Assembly (NCBI GenBank): GCA_943358175.1
Contig: CALRGV010000003.1
Coordinates: 34,941-98,940, forward strand
From: Candidatus Peribacteria bacterium
GTDB taxonomy: Bacteria > Patescibacteriota > Gracilibacteria > UBA1369 > LOWO2-01-FULL-3
Length of the DNA: 64,000 nucleotides
Direction of reading: 5' to 3'
Positions 44,987 to 52,569 of this stretch are shown here, one piece after another. The notes under the pieces are model-generated. The model saw only the letters and a program-made list of their open reading frames with translations. It did no database searches and was not told the DNA's origin. The first letter of the stretch is position 1; every line of letters starts with the position of its first letter. Made by a program: the position numbers and the translations under genes.

Positions 44987-46071
44987 TGAGCGAAGAACCC
45001 TTAAGAGAAGTAAGAAATCAAAATTTGGCTCTAGCATATGCCCCAGTTGTTAAAAACAATATGGAGGAAGAAGGTGATGATTTTGGAATTCCACTTATAG
45101 ATTTATATGTTAACGATGCGTGCAATTTACGATGCAATTTTTGTATGACAGCTTTTGGGCCCACTGTTTTGCCTGTAAGTGCTGTGCCGGTAATTGCTCA
45201 GCTTAAACCACGAGTTATAACTATTACCGGTGGTGGAGAGCCTTCAATTTATAGAGACGGTGAAAATAGAATTGATGATTTCGTAGCCGCTATTCGTAGA
45301 GAAATGGGACCTATACCAATCGGAATGATGTCCAATGGGGTGAAAGCTTTGCCAGAAGGCGTATTGAGCGAATTAGATTGGTTGAGAGTTTCTTTAAATG
45401 CTCCAAATCGTGGACTTTATAATCAAGTTCATAACAGAGATAAATTTGAGGATGTGATGAAAAATATAACGGATTATCTGAATGGGCCTTTGGAAAAATT
45501 AGGCATTGGTTTTGTTTTCAACGAATTGACTGCTCACGCTCTAATTGATTTCGCTCGTACTATATTTGATGGAATTAAACCTCAAACAGATGCAGATAAA
45601 TTTTCAGGACTTACTTTGCAGTTTAGGCCTGAAGCCAATGAGGACTATAGTAGGTTTTTGATAAATATTGGTCTGAGACAAAAATTGATTGTAGAAATCG
45701 GAGTCTTAAATGGAGAGTTTAGAGATTTTCTTCTTAAGCAAACAAATATTATGCAAGTCTTGGATAATGAATGCTTTCTGCTTCATGCTGCTTTTAGGAA
45801 TTGCTTCATATCCTTTTTACAGATGAATATTGATGCGAGAGGAGATGCTTATCCTTGTCCTCAAAAGGCGCATGAAAAAAAAGATAGCTATGGAAATATC
45901 TTCGATGATGGATTTGTCTCAGGCGTCAGAGATAGAGTGAGGCAGTCTTTTGGATGCCATAATTCAGATAGTTGTGGCGGATGTGCCCAATCAAGAGTCA
46001 ACTCCATTTATGAAGGCGTGGACTTTTCTAAACTCTCCTTTGACGGCAAGGTTAAGCCAGTTTTCTTTTAG
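44986..46071 (+). CDS. radical SAM enzyme, second copy, with Cys-rich C-terminal extension
   Basis: YVNDACNLRCNFCMT (CxxxCxxC) and ITITGGGEPS. C-terminal Cys residues are AYPCPQKA...CHNSDSCGGCAQS. TAATG overlap with the upstream gene. Confidence 0.7.
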   Translation: MSEEPLREVRNQNLALAYAPVVKNNMEEEGDDFGIPLIDLYVNDACNLRCNFCMTAFGPTVLPVSAVPVIAQLKPRVITITGGGEPSIYRDGENRIDDFVAAIRREMGPIPIGMMSNGVKALPEGVLSELDWLRVSLNAPNRGLYNQVHNRDKFEDVMKNITDYLNGPLEKLGIGFVFNELTAHALIDFARTIFDGIKPQTDADKFSGLTLQFRPEANEDYSRFLINIGLRQKLIVEIGVLNGEFRDFLLKQTNIMQVLDNECFLLHAAFRNCFISFLQMNIDARGDAYPCPQKAHEKKDSYGNIFDDGFVSGVRDRVRQSFGCHNSDSCGGCAQSRVNSIYEGVDFSKLSFDGKVKPVFF

Positions 46072-46223
46072 AAATAAGGCATGTTTTCTCTACAGCTTGT
46101 CTGCAAATACCACCAGTAATCGTTTAACGGAGAGTTCGGATGAAACACAGATATTTCTAGTGGAAAATGGGGATATCACAAAAAAATCATGGATGTGTTT
46201 TTGAGGTTTGAGGCGTTATTCCT

Positions 46224-46251
46224 TTGACAACAGCGAGAATTTAGCTAATAT
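46224..46251 (+). promoter_or_regulatory. candidate promoter for the L33-like gene
   Basis: TTGACA (46224-46229), 16-nt spacer, TAATAT (46246-46251), 40 nt upstream of the ATG at 46292. Confidence 0.4.
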
Positions 46252-46291
46252 GCTTTTGCTCTTATGAAGTTATAAGTTTTAATTTAAGAAT

Positions 46292-46501
46292 ATGTCACAC
46301 GGAAAAAGTCAATTTACAACCTGGTATTGCAAGGAAGATGTAGATGGAAAACCTTGTAATCTGGCACACCAAAGCATAACAGCTTACGACAAGCGTCGTG
46401 ATAGCGAAATTGCTAAGGATTTGAGCCTGTTTTGTCCTAAATGCCGCAAGCATACTACTCACAAAAGGAAGGATACAAGAAAAGGATCAGCTACTAAATA
46501 A
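46292..46501 (+). CDS. zinc-ribbon protein resembling ribosomal protein L33
   Basis: 69 aa. AYDKRRDSEIAKDLSLFCPKCRKHTTHKRKD parallels Y.t.KNKRn.pekLeLkKYCP.C.KHT.HrE.K of zinc-type L33. The first Cys pair is spaced Cx8C rather than CxxC, and the protein is longer than usual. Confidence 0.45.
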   Translation: MSHGKSQFTTWYCKEDVDGKPCNLAHQSITAYDKRRDSEIAKDLSLFCPKCRKHTTHKRKDTRKGSATK

Positions 46502-46569
46502 TGCCGGTTTTGTTGCGGCGACTGTAGCTTTTTGTTAAAGTCTCTTTGTTAATTTTTTCACAAACTTAT

Positions 46570-48384
46570 ATGAAAAATAGCAGGAGATTTTTTTTCGCGG
46601 GAGTGATGTCTCTGGTGGTTTTGACTTTGGCGGCTTGTGGCTTTGGTAAATCCGGAAATAGAGATTTGGAAGCGGCTTTCCCAAAGGATGGCGCAATGAT
46701 TTTTGTGGTTGATTATACCAGCGATAAGCAGGCGGCCAATTTGGAGCGCATGATAAATCAATTTCCGACTACGGGATTAATAGGTATGTATAAAAAGCTT
46801 TTTAACGGAAGTTTAAAGGCTGCAAATTTATCTTGGGAAGAGGATTTGGTACCGATTTTTAAAGGAAAGTGGAAAGCGGGAATTTCTGTCACTTCTGGTG
46901 ATTTAGGGGAAATGATTTTTGCCGGGAAATTCGAAGAAAGTAGTAAAATTTCTGTTTTAATAGGTAAATTGATTGCCAGTGGAGAGGGTTTTTGGAAGGA
47001 TGTGAAATATGAAAAAGATGATGGCGTGGAGTATTGGACTAATGATTCCGGTTCCGTTTATTTGGCTTTGAGTAGGGATATTTTTGTGATTGGAAAGAGT
47101 GGGGATGATCGTAAAGCCGCAATGAAGAGAATAGCTAAAAATGATGGATTGAATAAGAATCAGGAATTTAAGGATTATGTTTCCAAGTCTGAGGGAAGAA
47201 TTTTTTATATGTTTCAGAGCGGAACTCTCTTTAATTCGGGAATTGGAAAAGTTTTTGGTGAAAAGTATGCGGAGGTTTTGCAAGCTTTGAAAAGTACTTT
47301 TGCGGAAATGGTCATGGTTGAGGATGGATTGAGGTCTTACTATGGAAGCAGTATTGATGAAAATAATCCGGGATTTAGTGTTTTAGTTCCAAGTCCAAAT
47401 TACAAAATATCACTTGTGGATAAGGTGAACAGCAAAGGTCTTTTTTATTATTCCGAGTCGGTTGGTTTTATGAGTATTTTGTTAGATTCTTTAGTGGAGA
47501 AGGAGCCTAGTGTCTCCCCTGATGAGGCTGAGGCTTCCGTTCAAAGTGGGTTTTTGCAGACGAGTGTTTTGGGAGGTTTGGGCATTGAACCAGGTGAAAA
47601 AGCAACAGCTGATAGTTCGGGAGGTTTGAAAGAGTTAATTAGTTCTTTTGTTCAGAAAATAAAATTTCTTTTGGATTCACCTCATGCAATTTCAATTTCC
47701 GACAGGGAAAACTTTTTGCCGGCGATAGCGTTTTATTTTCAGCTTCAAGATGATGATTTGGAAAAAGCAAAAAATTTGCTGGTGGATTTTGACGGCTATG
47801 TGGATGAAATAATTTTGGAGGTGAACAAGCTTATTCCGGCTATCGAGGGCCAGACAAGTTTTATGAAAAAAGATATTGCGGCTGTGAATGGTGGAGCTCT
47901 GCACAAGGTTTTTGTTGATTGGAAGTCTGTTCCGCAGGATTCAATTGCGGAGTGGAGTATGTTGAGTGGAATTGATGTCACCAGCGTGAAAAACGAATTC
48001 TATTATGGTTTAATGGGGGATGGCGTGTTTGTAGTGGCCTGGTATCCGGATTTTCCGACTTTTTACGGTCAGAATGTTCTTTCTCAGGATGCTGATTATA
48101 AAGAAGCTTTTGGTCAGTTGAAAAATAATTATGATAGATCGGTATCTTATTTGAATACTAAGCCGTTGGTGATTTTCATGGATAAGTTTTTGAAAATGGC
48201 GGTGACGATGAATACCACTGATGGACTGGGTCAAGATATTGCTTTGGGATATGTGAAATTGGCAGAAAAATTTATTGGAACGGTGAAATATTTTGTAGCC
48301 TCCTCGGGTTATGAGGATGGACATCTGAGTTCCGAGAGTTTTGTGAGAATAGAAAAAGTGGAGGATGAGGATGGGGTAAAGTAG
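46570..48384 (+). CDS. large lipoprotein of unknown function
   Basis: MKNSRRFFFAGVMSLVVLTLAA/C lipobox, about 600 aa. I prefer the ATG at 46570 over the listed start at 46546. Confidence 0.6.
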   Translation: MKNSRRFFFAGVMSLVVLTLAACGFGKSGNRDLEAAFPKDGAMIFVVDYTSDKQAANLERMINQFPTTGLIGMYKKLFNGSLKAANLSWEEDLVPIFKGKWKAGISVTSGDLGEMIFAGKFEESSKISVLIGKLIASGEGFWKDVKYEKDDGVEYWTNDSGSVYLALSRDIFVIGKSGDDRKAAMKRIAKNDGLNKNQEFKDYVSKSEGRIFYMFQSGTLFNSGIGKVFGEKYAEVLQALKSTFAEMVMVEDGLRSYYGSSIDENNPGFSVLVPSPNYKISLVDKVNSKGLFYYSESVGFMSILLDSLVEKEPSVSPDEAEASVQSGFLQTSVLGGLGIEPGEKATADSSGGLKELISSFVQKIKFLLDSPHAISISDRENFLPAIAFYFQLQDDDLEKAKNLLVDFDGYVDEIILEVNKLIPAIEGQTSFMKKDIAAVNGGALHKVFVDWKSVPQDSIAEWSMLSGIDVTSVKNEFYYGLMGDGVFVVAWYPDFPTFYGQNVLSQDADYKEAFGQLKNNYDRSVSYLNTKPLVIFMDKFLKMAVTMNTTDGLGQDIALGYVKLAEKFIGTVKYFVASSGYEDGHLSSESFVRIEKVEDEDGVK

Positions 48385-48496
48385 TACGGTGATTGCTACA
48401 GACATCTGTATAATGCCTATTTGTTTTGTCAATTTTGTTTTTGTAATGTTTTGAATTTTTATCTGTATACTATATTTGGTATTTAATTATTATTTT

Positions 48497-49453
48497 ATGT
48501 TTGAAAAATTTAAATCAGCTTTCAATTCAACGGTAGAGACGGCGAAAAGCGCGTTTTCTTTTGGAAAAAAATCGGAAGGCTCTAAGCTGGTAGAATTAGC
48601 TCCGGAAGTTGACGTGAGACCGGAAATTCATCAGCGAGTTAGTAATGCAATGCATGATAATGCAGTTGATGATTGGGCTGCGGGAGGTGGATGGAGTGTC
48701 GGCGCGACGAAGGCTGAGCCGGTGAAAGCAAGAACTCCCGGGAAACTTGATCATCTAATGTTTGAAATGCCTGATAAAGCCAATGCTAGGCCGGACTTGA
48801 GTGTTTTTAGTAAACAATCTGTTTTGAGGGATGAAACCGCTGAACGGCCTGTTCTTCAACCCAAGGTTAGTTCCGGAAAACTTGATAATATGATCTTAGA
48901 TTTACCTAAAACTCTAGCGCAAACTTTTAAGGTGGATGTAAAAGCTGGAAATGGTGGGTGGTTTGGAGTGAAAGCTTGGCCTACTGCTGAGCAGGGAAGA
49001 ATGATTGAATCGGTAGATAGTCCTATGTCTGTTTTTGCGGAGTTTGGTGAGGCCGGTAAATTAGATGAGACTCCTACTACGGCGATGTTTATGGAAGCAG
49101 CGAAGGAGGCTTTGAGACGTGAGCCCGCATATGCTCCAAGACCTATTGAGGTACCGGTACGGGCGGTGGCACCTGTGCGTGCACCTGTTCAGCAACCTGT
49201 TCGTGCTCCACGGCCACGTCCTGTGTTTGCGGATATTCAGCCTTTTGCTTATGAATCATTTTTTGATAAAGTTTTTGGGTTTCGTATGAAGACGGCATTT
49301 GCCGTGGCGGCTTTGATGGCGACCGTGGGCGGAGTGGCTCATGCTTCTGCTAACAACTCTCCAAAGCCAAGAAGCTATAGCATCGAGGATATTGTCCCTT
49401 TAACTAATGAGCAGGCAGCGCAAATGGAGGCGGAAAGGTTAGTTCAAAAATAA
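48497..49453 (+). CDS. hypothetical protein with internal repeats, Pro/Arg/Val-rich segment and one C-proximal TM helix
   Basis: GKLDHLMFEMPDK and GKLDNMILDLPKT form a repeated motif. The Pro/Arg/Val-rich stretch is VPVRAVAPVRAPVQQPVRAPRPRPV, and the hydrophobic helix is TAFAVAALMATVGGVAHA. The start ATG at 48497 is preferred. Confidence 0.5.
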   Translation: MFEKFKSAFNSTVETAKSAFSFGKKSEGSKLVELAPEVDVRPEIHQRVSNAMHDNAVDDWAAGGGWSVGATKAEPVKARTPGKLDHLMFEMPDKANARPDLSVFSKQSVLRDETAERPVLQPKVSSGKLDNMILDLPKTLAQTFKVDVKAGNGGWFGVKAWPTAEQGRMIESVDSPMSVFAEFGEAGKLDETPTTAMFMEAAKEALRREPAYAPRPIEVPVRAVAPVRAPVQQPVRAPRPRPVFADIQPFAYESFFDKVFGFRMKTAFAVAALMATVGGVAHASANNSPKPRSYSIEDIVPLTNEQAAQMEAERLVQK

Positions 49454-49461
49454 TTTTTACT

Positions 49462-49505
49462 GATCGGCGGATTGATTTTTGCCTTGAAACGGTTTAGAAG
49501 ATAGT
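49462..49505 (+). repeat. 44-bp direct repeat, left copy
   Basis: gatcggcggattgatttttgccttgaaacggtttagaagatagt. It matches 50484-50527 at 36 of 44 positions, and all 8 differences are transitions. Confidence 0.8.
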
Positions 49506-49753
49506 GCCAAGGGATACAACTATTACTACGCATGGTCAGTAGGTAAAATGGATCACAATTACTGGAATCAATATTAGATGGGAAACCGATGAAATTTTAA
49601 AACTGTGTAGTTGAAAGTTGTCCATCGAGGATGGTTTTTTCTGCTAAAGTTAAAAATTTTTCCCGACTCGATATAGGCCGCGCATTTGACAAATCGTCTG
49701 CATCACGCATAGTTCGTCAACAAGATTGCATTTCAAATTAGAAATAGTACATA

Positions 49754-50476
49754 ATGAGTACCACTTCCAATTCAAAATGTAATCCAGGTGACACACCGCC
49801 TCCACCCATGACTTCAAAAATTTTCACTAAAAAGGACCTTCAACTTCATTCCAAAAAATCTCCCCACGCCCTCGATGCAGAAATCAAACGAGCCCTGAAA
49901 AATCGCAAGTTGATAAAATTAAAAAGAGGACTCTACGCTAAGACGGAGACTTATTTGAACGAATCTAACAAGTTACAATTTGCGGAATTTTTAGCATCGC
50001 AAATTCATTCACCTTCATATTTAAGCCTGAATTATGTGCTCCATAAACACGGTCTTATGCCAAATACTGAAGATGCCTCGACTTACACTTCCATAACTCT
50101 TAAAAATGCCAGTGAGAACCGAAATTTTCTCGGAACTTTTCGCTATTCCAATCTCAAAAAATCTCTCTACTATGGCTTCCAAGAAGTCACCTACGACGGC
50201 CACATCTACTCTGTAGCCACTAAGGCCAAAGCACTCTTCGATTACCTTTACCTTGAGCCAAAACTCCAATATCGCAATCAAAGAAAACTAAAATATAATC
50301 TTTTCACAAAACTTCGCCTTAGCCTCGAAAATTTTTTCGAAAAAGATTTTCAAGAATTTGAAGATTACGTCTGGAAATCCAACTGCAAAAAAATGATGCG
50401 CATCCGCCACTGCCTGGAATCACATTTTGCTAACAAGAAATTCGACATTTGGGCTAAAGAATTTTTGAAAGGATAG
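49754..50476 (+). CDS. AbiEi-like (type IV toxin-antitoxin antitoxin-type) wHTH protein
   Basis: IFTKKDLQLHSKKSPHALDAEIKRALKNRKLIKLKRGLYAK and SPSYLSLNYVLHKHGLMPN match the AbiEi pattern (...l.rGlY... sYiSlesAL..hGl). An alternative start is at 49808. Confidence 0.5.
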   Translation: MSTTSNSKCNPGDTPPPPMTSKIFTKKDLQLHSKKSPHALDAEIKRALKNRKLIKLKRGLYAKTETYLNESNKLQFAEFLASQIHSPSYLSLNYVLHKHGLMPNTEDASTYTSITLKNASENRNFLGTFRYSNLKKSLYYGFQEVTYDGHIYSVATKAKALFDYLYLEPKLQYRNQRKLKYNLFTKLRLSLENFFEKDFQEFEDYVWKSNCKKMMRIRHCLESHFANKKFDIWAKEFLKG

Positions 50477-50483
50477 AATTCAA

Positions 50484-50527
50484 GATCGGCGAATTGACTT
50501 TCATCTTAAAACAGTTTAGAAGGTAGT
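50484..50527 (+). repeat. 44-bp direct repeat, right copy
   Basis: gatcggcgaattgactttcatcttaaaacagtttagaaggtagt, located 1022 bp downstream of the left copy. It begins 6 nt after the AbiEi-like stop codon and ends 20 nt before the next ATG. Confidence 0.8.
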
Positions 50528-50547
50528 CTTCTTAATTGCTATTTTTA

Positions 50548-51249
50548 ATGGGAAAGGCTGGAGAGGAAAAAAAGGCTGTCGAGAGTGATGATCAAGGTGT
50601 TGAGTTTCTTAATTCTGTTGATGTTTTGAGAAACTCTGTGCGTAGGTTGATGACTGAATATGGTGGGGTGGTTTTGTCCGTGGATTGTTTTGCCAATACT
50701 GTAGAGGTGGTCGCTTCCGCTGATGGAATGAAGGAAATTGGCGATGTTATGCGTCAATTGATAAGTGCCGTGGGCCAGGTGTTTTCGGATGAAAATATAG
50801 CTTTTAAAATTACTGTTGGGGATAGTAATGTTAAGGTTGAGCAATCTGATGAATATGCCAAGAATTTTGGACACCAAGCTTTCACCTGTAAAATGGATGA
50901 TAAGGGGCGCTTTTCGGCTCGTAAGCTTCAGTTTTTGAAAGAAGGATTTCCGGTCAATGTATACTCAAAAAAAGTGAATGAAAAATTCTATGTGGTAGTT
51001 TCAAATCGAGGGGATTTTGGTTTATTTAGACATGGTTATGACCAGAGGTGTACGAAATTAGAAAAACATGGAAGAGTAATAGTGGGGGATGAAATTAATT
51101 CTGGAACTGTTGGTAGCGATGGCCGTGTAAAAATTATTGCCAGAGGTTTTTATGCAGTGCTTGTGAGTGCCGATGGTAATGACTCCGCATTTGCTTCTAT
51201 TGCAGATTACGATAAAAATGTCCTGCCATTGCTGGAAGTTCATCGATAA
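50548..51249 (+). CDS. hypothetical protein
   Basis: 233 aa from the ATG at 50548 (the listed TTG is at 50536). It has no signal peptide and no motif I recognise. Confidence 0.5.
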   Translation: MGKAGEEKKAVESDDQGVEFLNSVDVLRNSVRRLMTEYGGVVLSVDCFANTVEVVASADGMKEIGDVMRQLISAVGQVFSDENIAFKITVGDSNVKVEQSDEYAKNFGHQAFTCKMDDKGRFSARKLQFLKEGFPVNVYSKKVNEKFYVVVSNRGDFGLFRHGYDQRCTKLEKHGRVIVGDEINSGTVGSDGRVKIIARGFYAVLVSADGNDSAFASIADYDKNVLPLLEVHR

Positions 51250-51286
51250 TATATAATTTCGCAGGTTTTATCTGATAAATTTTTTT

Positions 51287-51730
51287 ATGAAAAAACTTTT
51301 TATATTATTTGCGATTTTGACTTTGTTTACAGCGTGCAAAGCTTCACCAAAATTTAAGGTGAATGATGTCGTTTTGGCTGATTGGTATCAGGGGAATTGG
51401 CATATTGGAAAGGTGAGTGAAGTGTGCAAGGAAGGTGGTTGGAAGATAGCTTATGGCGATAATTTTTATAATTCCGGAGAAAGTCAGAAGCCGGCTTGTT
51501 ATACCGAGGATAGGCTGGTTCAGAATGTGGCTCCATCAGCAGATGAAATTAAAATTGGAGATATTGTTATAGCAGAATGGATGGAAGATGCTTATTATAC
51601 GGCAAAAGTTGAAAAAATAGATGGTGATAAATATTCCGTTAAATTTGTTTCCGATGGTTGGGAGTCCAAGCTTACTTTGGATAAAGTAAGAGTTTTGCCG
51701 GCAGGGGCAAAGAGCGGCGAAAAAAAATAA
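51287..51730 (+). CDS. lipoprotein with two Tudor/Agenet-like (SH3-fold) repeats
   Basis: MKKLFILFAILTLFTA/C lipobox. The repeats are FKVNDVVLADWYQGNWHIGKVSEV... and IKIGDIVIAEWMEDAYYTAKVEKIDGDKYSVKF. Confidence 0.55.
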   Translation: MKKLFILFAILTLFTACKASPKFKVNDVVLADWYQGNWHIGKVSEVCKEGGWKIAYGDNFYNSGESQKPACYTEDRLVQNVAPSADEIKIGDIVIAEWMEDAYYTAKVEKIDGDKYSVKFVSDGWESKLTLDKVRVLPAGAKSGEKK

Positions 51731-51762
51731 AGGTTTTTTTATAATATAATCTAATTAATTTT

Positions 51763-52569
51763 ATGGTTTCAGCATTAATTATAACTCTAAGGGAGACTTT
51801 AGAGGCGGCATTGGTTGTTGGTATAATTTTGGCTTATTTGAATAAAGTGGTGAGCCCGAAGGCTAAGAAATTTGTTTGGCAAGGTGTTTTGGTTGGAGTG
51901 ATTTTTAGTGCTCTGGTTGCTTTTTTGTTTGCGACATATTTTGGTGGTTTTGTGGGAAAATCCGAGGAATTGTATGAGGGGGTAACAATGTTGGTAGCGG
52001 CCGGACTTTTGACTTGGATGATTTTGTGGATGATGAAACAAAGAAATTCGATAAAGAAAAATATTGAAGCCAAGGTTGATGCTCATGTCTCAAAAAATTA
52101 TTATTTTGGTTTGTTTTTACTTAGTTTTGTTGCCGTTGTTCGTGAAGGTGTAGAGACGGTGATTTTCCTGCAAGGTGCGAGAATTCAGGCTGAAGCTGAG
52201 GGCGTGCAGGTGCTTATGGGAGCGCTTTTGGGTATTTTTGTGGCGATAGTAATTAGTTATATTTTGTTCAAAGGTATTGCTAAAATTCCTTTGCGTAAAT
52301 TTTTTACTTTCACGACAGTGTTACTGATTTTGTTTGCGGCAGGTTTAGTGGCTCATGGAGTGCATGAATTTCAGGAAGCGGGAGTGTTGGCTACTTATAA
52401 TGAACATTTGTGGGATTTGAATTCTATTTTGAATGAAAAAAGTGGCTTGGGAGAATTTTTGAAACATCTTTTTGGATATAATGCCAATCCATCTTTTGAA
52501 GAAGTGGTGGTGTATTTTGCTTATTTAATTGGAATGTGGGCGGTTAGTTGGAGGATTGTCAGAGCGTAA
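51763..52569 (+). CDS. FTR1/EfeU-family high-affinity iron permease
   Basis: Two REXXE motifs in TM helices (LRETLEAALVV and VREGVETVIFL) and about seven hydrophobic segments. Confidence 0.8.
   Translation: MVSALIITLRETLEAALVVGIILAYLNKVVSPKAKKFVWQGVLVGVIFSALVAFLFATYFGGFVGKSEELYEGVTMLVAAGLLTWMILWMMKQRNSIKKNIEAKVDAHVSKNYYFGLFLLSFVAVVREGVETVIFLQGARIQAEAEGVQVLMGALLGIFVAIVISYILFKGIAKIPLRKFFTFTTVLLILFAAGLVAHGVHEFQEAGVLATYNEHLWDLNSILNEKSGLGEFLKHLFGYNANPSFEEVVVYFAYLIGMWAVSWRIVRA

Noticed and set aside
46081-46119. 12-aa ORF (MFSLQLVCKYHQ) directly after the second SPASM-like radical SAM gene, considered as a RiPP precursor
   Set aside because: It is far shorter than known leader-core precursors and has a single Cys. 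The AAGG lies only 1 nt from the ATG. The sugar-enzyme context also argues against a peptide substrate. It is worth re-checking only if homologous loci conserve it.
45950-46204. 84-aa ORF overlapping the end of the radical SAM gene
   Set aside because: It is an alternate frame of a gene with clear motifs, and the remainder lies in non-coding DNA with no motif.
30587-46291. Classical integrase-mediated genomic island at tRNA-Thr
   Set aside because: There is no integrase or recombinase gene, I could find no direct repeat of the tRNA 3' end at the distal border, and the start-codon contexts match the core genes. It is kept only as a weak hypothesis in the findings.
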